NCBI GenBank assembly: GCA_037441385.1
Contig: JBBISH010000085.1
Span: 1-29,726 of the forward strand
Direction: 5' to 3'
DNA from: Myxococcales bacterium
Lineage (GTDB): Bacteria; Myxococcota_A; UBA9042
Length of the DNA stretch: 29,726 nucleotides
Below, in pieces: positions 26,432-29,726 of this stretch. The number at the start of each line of letters is the position of its first letter. The stretch's first letter is position 1. Made by a program: the position numbers and the translations under genes. The notes beneath the pieces are model-generated. The model had not been told where the DNA came from. It did not search any database and worked only from the letters and a program-made list of their open reading frames with translations.

Positions 26432-26492
26432 CTAGTACTACAAGCCATTCGAGAGGCCCAACCCTGAACGGACTTCGGGTTTGTAGTACTAG
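26432..26492. repeat. 61-bp inverted-repeat element bounded by CTAG (possible IS-end remnant or mini-MITE)
   Basis: CTAGTACTACAAGCC ... GGTTTGTAGTACTAG, 14/15 complementary. Confidence 0.6.
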
Positions 26493-26574
26493 TTGCAGAG
26501 CGGGTTCGGCAAGCCTTGCCGGGCTGAATCAGGTGGGGGGTGCACCCTGTGGCTTTGCGGTCGCGCGGCCGGTC

Positions 26575-27528
26575 CTACTCGGCGTCGTGGGCGGGCATGT
26601 CGCGCCAGACCACCATGCGCACCGTGCCGGCCACCCGGATCTCCACCGGCGCGCCGGGGGCTACGGTCAGCTCTTCGCCGTCCAGGACCACCAAGTCTTG
26701 GCGGCTGCCGTTGGTCCAAGCCAGGCGCGTCGCCGTGCCGGACTGCAACTGCGGATGACCGCTCAAGATGCCGCGGAGCAGCCCGGGCAAAACGGCTTGA
26801 GTTGCCAGCGGGCCCATGTTCGACAGGGTCATATGCACGCCGGGGCCGTTGCTGACCGTCATGACCCCTGGGAACGGCCGCACCAAGTGAAAGTAGCGCG
26901 GCAGCGGGCTCAAGATGCCAAAGGTGATGTTGGGCAGGCGCAACGGCTCGGGCTCTAGGGTCACGGCGCCATCGATCGGCGCAAAGCGATCCGAGGGCAG
27001 CTGCTGCAGCGCCAACCGCGCCAACAACTCCAAGATGCCGGGCGCGCCCTGCAACATCGCGTGGCGATAGTCGCTGTGGATGCGAGCGACCGCGCCCAGG
27101 CTGACCGTCATTCCGCAGTGATCGGGCAGGCCATCGACCTTGACGCTCAGCACCGGCACACGCTTGATTCGCCGCACACCGCGGGTCCACGCGTGCAGGA
27201 TACGCTGCGCCAACTGCGCCGGCCGCCGCGAGCCCACCAGCGCCGAGGCGATCGTGTTGACCCGGCCTGCCGGCAACACCAACAGCGGCGGCAGCGACTC
27301 GAGCAAGCCGGCCTGGGCAAAGCGCGTCAGTAGGTTGCAGGTGGTGCCGTCGCCGCCCGCCACCACGATGAGCTGGGCGCCGTCGCGCACGGCCGACACC
27401 AAGCCGTCCACGTCGTCGGCGCGATCCGACATCAGCAGGCGCAGTCGCGGCGACGACGTCGCCAACACATGTGCCAGATCGACGGCCGGCTTGTGACCCG
27501 CCGCCGGATTGATTACGCCCACCAACAT
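26575..27528 (-). CDS. Diacylglycerol/lipid kinase family protein (DAGK catalytic domain)
   Basis: VINPAAG, VVAGGDGT, LLVLPAGRVNTIA, C-terminal LDGE. RBS GGAGG lies 5 nt before ATG 27528. Confidence 0.88.
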   Translation of the reverse strand: MLVGVINPAAGHKPAVDLAHVLATSSPRLRLLMSDRADDVDGLVSAVRDGAQLIVVAGGDGTTCNLLTRFAQAGLLESLPPLLVLPAGRVNTIASALVGSRRPAQLAQRILHAWTRGVRRIKRVPVLSVKVDGLPDHCGMTVSLGAVARIHSDYRHAMLQGAPGILELLARLALQQLPSDRFAPIDGAVTLEPEPLRLPNITFGILSPLPRYFHLVRPFPGVMTVSNGPGVHMTLSNMGPLATQAVLPGLLRGILSGHPQLQSGTATRLAWTNGSRQDLVVLDGEELTVAPGAPVEIRVAGTVRMVVWRDMPAHDAE

Positions 27529-27685
27529 TGCTGCCTCCGCCGCCAAAAATCTGTCGGTGGCCGTGGATCGCCGCCGGCTGCGGATCGTCCAAGGGTTCGG
27601 GCGGCTGTGTCAAGGCCGCGCCACCACGGATCGCCAAGGGTGACAAGCCGGGGCGCGCCCGGCACAATGCCAGCCGAGGTGGGGC

Positions 27686-28132
27686 TTGCTCGACGAACTC
27701 GACGATTTCTTGACGGAACCTGAAGACGACTGCGCCGAGCAGGCCATGGCGGTCGAAGCGGTGCGCCCGGCCCTGCTGGACTGGGCGGCGGCGACGCTGC
27801 GGGCGCGCTCACCCCAGGCGGCTGCCTACCGCGGTGCCAAAGGGCAGGCCCAGTTTCGCCTGGACTTGGACCGCGGCCTCAAGCGGGTTGTCGAGTCCGA
27901 AGACGGCGGCAACCCGACCCAGTGGCGCCGTTGGATCTTGGCGACCGTCTACGGTCCGCGCGGCCAGGGCGATGTCGAACTGGATGGTATGCTTGTTGTT
28001 TTGGCCGAGGCGCTGGTGCGCCTGGTGCCATGGCCGCAGGGCCCGCGGGTGGCCGAGCGGGTCGTCGCGCTGCTTGGTGCCCACCACCCCGAGGTGCGCA
28101 AAAGGGTTGCGCAAAGGGTGCAGGCGGGCTAA
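27686..28132 (+). CDS. Hypothetical all-helical protein, possibly globin/phycocyanin-like fold
   Basis: TTG start after GAGGTGGGG. Fills the gap between the DAGK and ZnR-GYF genes. Amphipathic helices throughout. Confidence 0.55.
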   Translation: MLDELDDFLTEPEDDCAEQAMAVEAVRPALLDWAAATLRARSPQAAAYRGAKGQAQFRLDLDRGLKRVVESEDGGNPTQWRRWILATVYGPRGQGDVELDGMLVVLAEALVRLVPWPQGPRVAERVVALLGAHHPEVRKRVAQRVQAG

Positions 28133-28170
28133 GATCCTGCGCCCCGCGCCCGCGACTCAAGGATTGCCGG

Positions 28171-29726
28171 ATGAAGATCACCTGCCCAGCCTGCAACGCC
28201 AAATACTCTCTGCCCGACGAGCGGGTTCAAGGCAAAAACAAGGTCTTCAAGATTCCGTGCAAGCGCTGCGGGGCCGAAATCCGCGTCCGGGGCCTGGAAA
28301 CGGCCGAGGAAGTGGGCCGCACCACCCTGCCATTTGCCCTGGACCTCCCGCCGCAGCAGGCCGCGGCGCCCGTGCCGATCTGGTTCGCAGGCATCGACGG
28401 CAAGCAAGTCGGGCCCATGACCGAGGCCGAGGTGGTCGAGCACATCACGGCCGGCCGGCTGGGCGCGGCGGATCTGGTGTGGCGCAAGGGCTTTACGGCC
28501 TGGACGCCCGTCAAGGACGTGGCGCCGTTCGACGACATGGTGAGCGCGGCCCCCGGTGTGCCCACGCCGGATCCGGCGGCTGCCAAGAAATCGCCGCGCC
28601 GGGCGCAGACGCTGGAACTGTCTGCGGCCATGATCGAATTGCTCGTCAAGTTAGACGGCCAGCAGGGCGGCGAGCCCGACCTGCCGCCCGATCTGGGTAC
28701 GGTGGAGCCACCGAACCTGCCGCCGCTCGAGCCCGAACCGACGGTGGTCGCGGCCCGGCCCACGCCGGCCAAGACGCCTTCGGCGCGCGTCGCGGGTGAT
28801 GCCAAGGCCGCCGCCGCGCTGGACGAAGTCGAGACGGCCGTTTCGCCCGTGCCGCCGCGCCCGGTCGAGAATCAGCCGGCGGTGCGCGTCAGCGAACCGG
28901 TCCCCGTCGCGGCCAAGCCCGTCGAAGCCAAGCGCGAGTCCGTGCCGACGCCTGCCGCCCAGACCGCTGCTCGCGCCGATCTGCCGCTGCCGGCCGAGGC
29001 GACCCAGGCCGAGCCGGCCCTGCCCGAGCCGTCGGTCAAGATTCGTCTGCCCGAAGACAAGATCCGTCCCGCCGAGGCCGAGAGCCGCAGCCGTACCAAC
29101 GAAGCCCGCACGACCGGCGCTGCGGCTGGCAAAGATGCCGGCAAGGTCGATATCAAGCCGGTTCTGCCCGCCGCTCGCAGCGAGTCCAAGCCGGCCAAGA
29201 CCGAGACCAAGACCGAGGCCAAGCCCGCGGCCAAGACTGCGGCCGCGCCAGCCGGCAAGGCGGCCCCGGCGACCACCGGCAGCGGCAAACAGGCCCCGCC
29301 GGCCAAGAAAGCCGGCCCGCCGATGGGCCTGATCGCCGGTGGTGGCGCAGCGGTGGTCGGTATCATCGCCGTTGTGATCGCCATGAGCGGCAAGCCCGCC
29401 GAGAAGCCTGCCACCACGGAACCCGCCGCGGCGACTGCGGATGTCGCCCCGAGCGCGCCCGCCGTAGACGCCCAGGCGGCCGCCCCCAGCGCAGCCCCGG
29501 ACGTCGCCGCTGCCGCGCCCGAAGCGGATGTGGTCGCCGCTGCACCGCAGGCCGACGTGGTCGCCGCGGCCGAGGACGTGCAGGCGCCCAAGGTCGAAGC
29601 CGCCAAGATCGACGAAGGCAAGGCCGACGAGGCCAAGAAGGCAGAAGAGGCCAAGGCCGCCGAAGCCAAGAAGGTCGAAGACGCTAAAGCTGCGGAGGCC
29701 AAGAAGGCCGAAGACGCCAAAAAGGC
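28171..29726 (+). CDS. AgmX/GltJ-like protein: zinc ribbon, GYF_2, Pro/Ala linker, transmembrane helix and Ala/Lys/Glu repeats (3' end outside the window)
   Basis: MKITCPACNAKYSLPDERV...KIPCKRCG (MJ0042-type zinc ribbon). WFAGIDGKQVGPM...LVWRKGFTAWTPV (GYF_2). Helix LIAGGGAAVVGIIAVVIAM at ~29330-29385. Frame stays open to the window end; absent from the ORF track. Confidence 0.88.
   Translation, partial: MKITCPACNAKYSLPDERVQGKNKVFKIPCKRCGAEIRVRGLETAEEVGRTTLPFALDLPPQQAAAPVPIWFAGIDGKQVGPMTEAEVVEHITAGRLGAADLVWRKGFTAWTPVKDVAPFDDMVSAAPGVPTPDPAAAKKSPRRAQTLELSAAMIELLVKLDGQQGGEPDLPPDLGTVEPPNLPPLEPEPTVVAARPTPAKTPSARVAGDAKAAAALDEVETAVSPVPPRPVENQPAVRVSEPVPVAAKPVEAKRESVPTPAAQTAARADLPLPAEATQAEPALPEPSVKIRLPEDKIRPAEAESRSRTNEARTTGAAAGKDAGKVDIKPVLPAARSESKPAKTETKTEAKPAAKTAAAPAGKAAPATTGSGKQAPPAKKAGPPMGLIAGGGAAVVGIIAVVIAMSGKPAEKPATTEPAAATADVAPSAPAVDAQAAAPSAAPDVAAAAPEADVVAAAPQADVVAAAEDVQAPKVEAAKIDEGKADEAKKAEEAKAAEAKKVEDAKAAEAKKAEDAKK

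Noticed and set aside
25555..26467. Short ORFs in the clp-DAGK gap (25555-26124, 25594-25896, 25598-26005, 25617-26072, 26171-26467)
   Set aside because: No recognisable motifs, Arg/Pro/Ser-rich shadow-like composition, no well-spaced RBS, and they cross the predicted terminator or promoter elements. A small peptide cannot be fully excluded.

Overview
High-GC bacterial chromosomal window. Its gene content (Pkn kinases, a giant kinase-TPR-GAF-sigma54 activator, PilZ, a ZnR-GYF AgmX/GltJ-like protein, Cys-rich lipoproteins) points to a Myxococcota-like organism; this is an inference. About 23 CDS are supported, mostly housekeeping (prlC, cinA, mtnP, PfkB kinase, psd, DEDDh exonuclease, CYTH, ClpA/C-type ATPase, DAGK). 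The most interesting signals are: (1) a candidate ~240-nt minus-strand ncRNA in the ~1-kb gap at 25574-26574, with a near-consensus sigma54 promoter, an IHF-like site, enhancer-like palindromes and a strand-specific terminator; (2) a translationally coupled operon of a giant sigma54 activator with degenerate kinase and STAND modules, a Ser/Thr kinase and an HxsC-like radical SAM enzyme, divergent from a lipoprotein gene with a sigma54-like promoter; (3) a nested non-autonomous element at 22327-22600, namely a 207-bp MITE (15-bp TIRs, 8-bp TSD) carrying two inverted double-hairpin REP-like units with compensatory changes, inserted into an older inverted repeat; (4) a Cys-repeat lipoprotein ending in a Kunitz-like domain. 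All calls come from reading motifs by eye; no searches were run.
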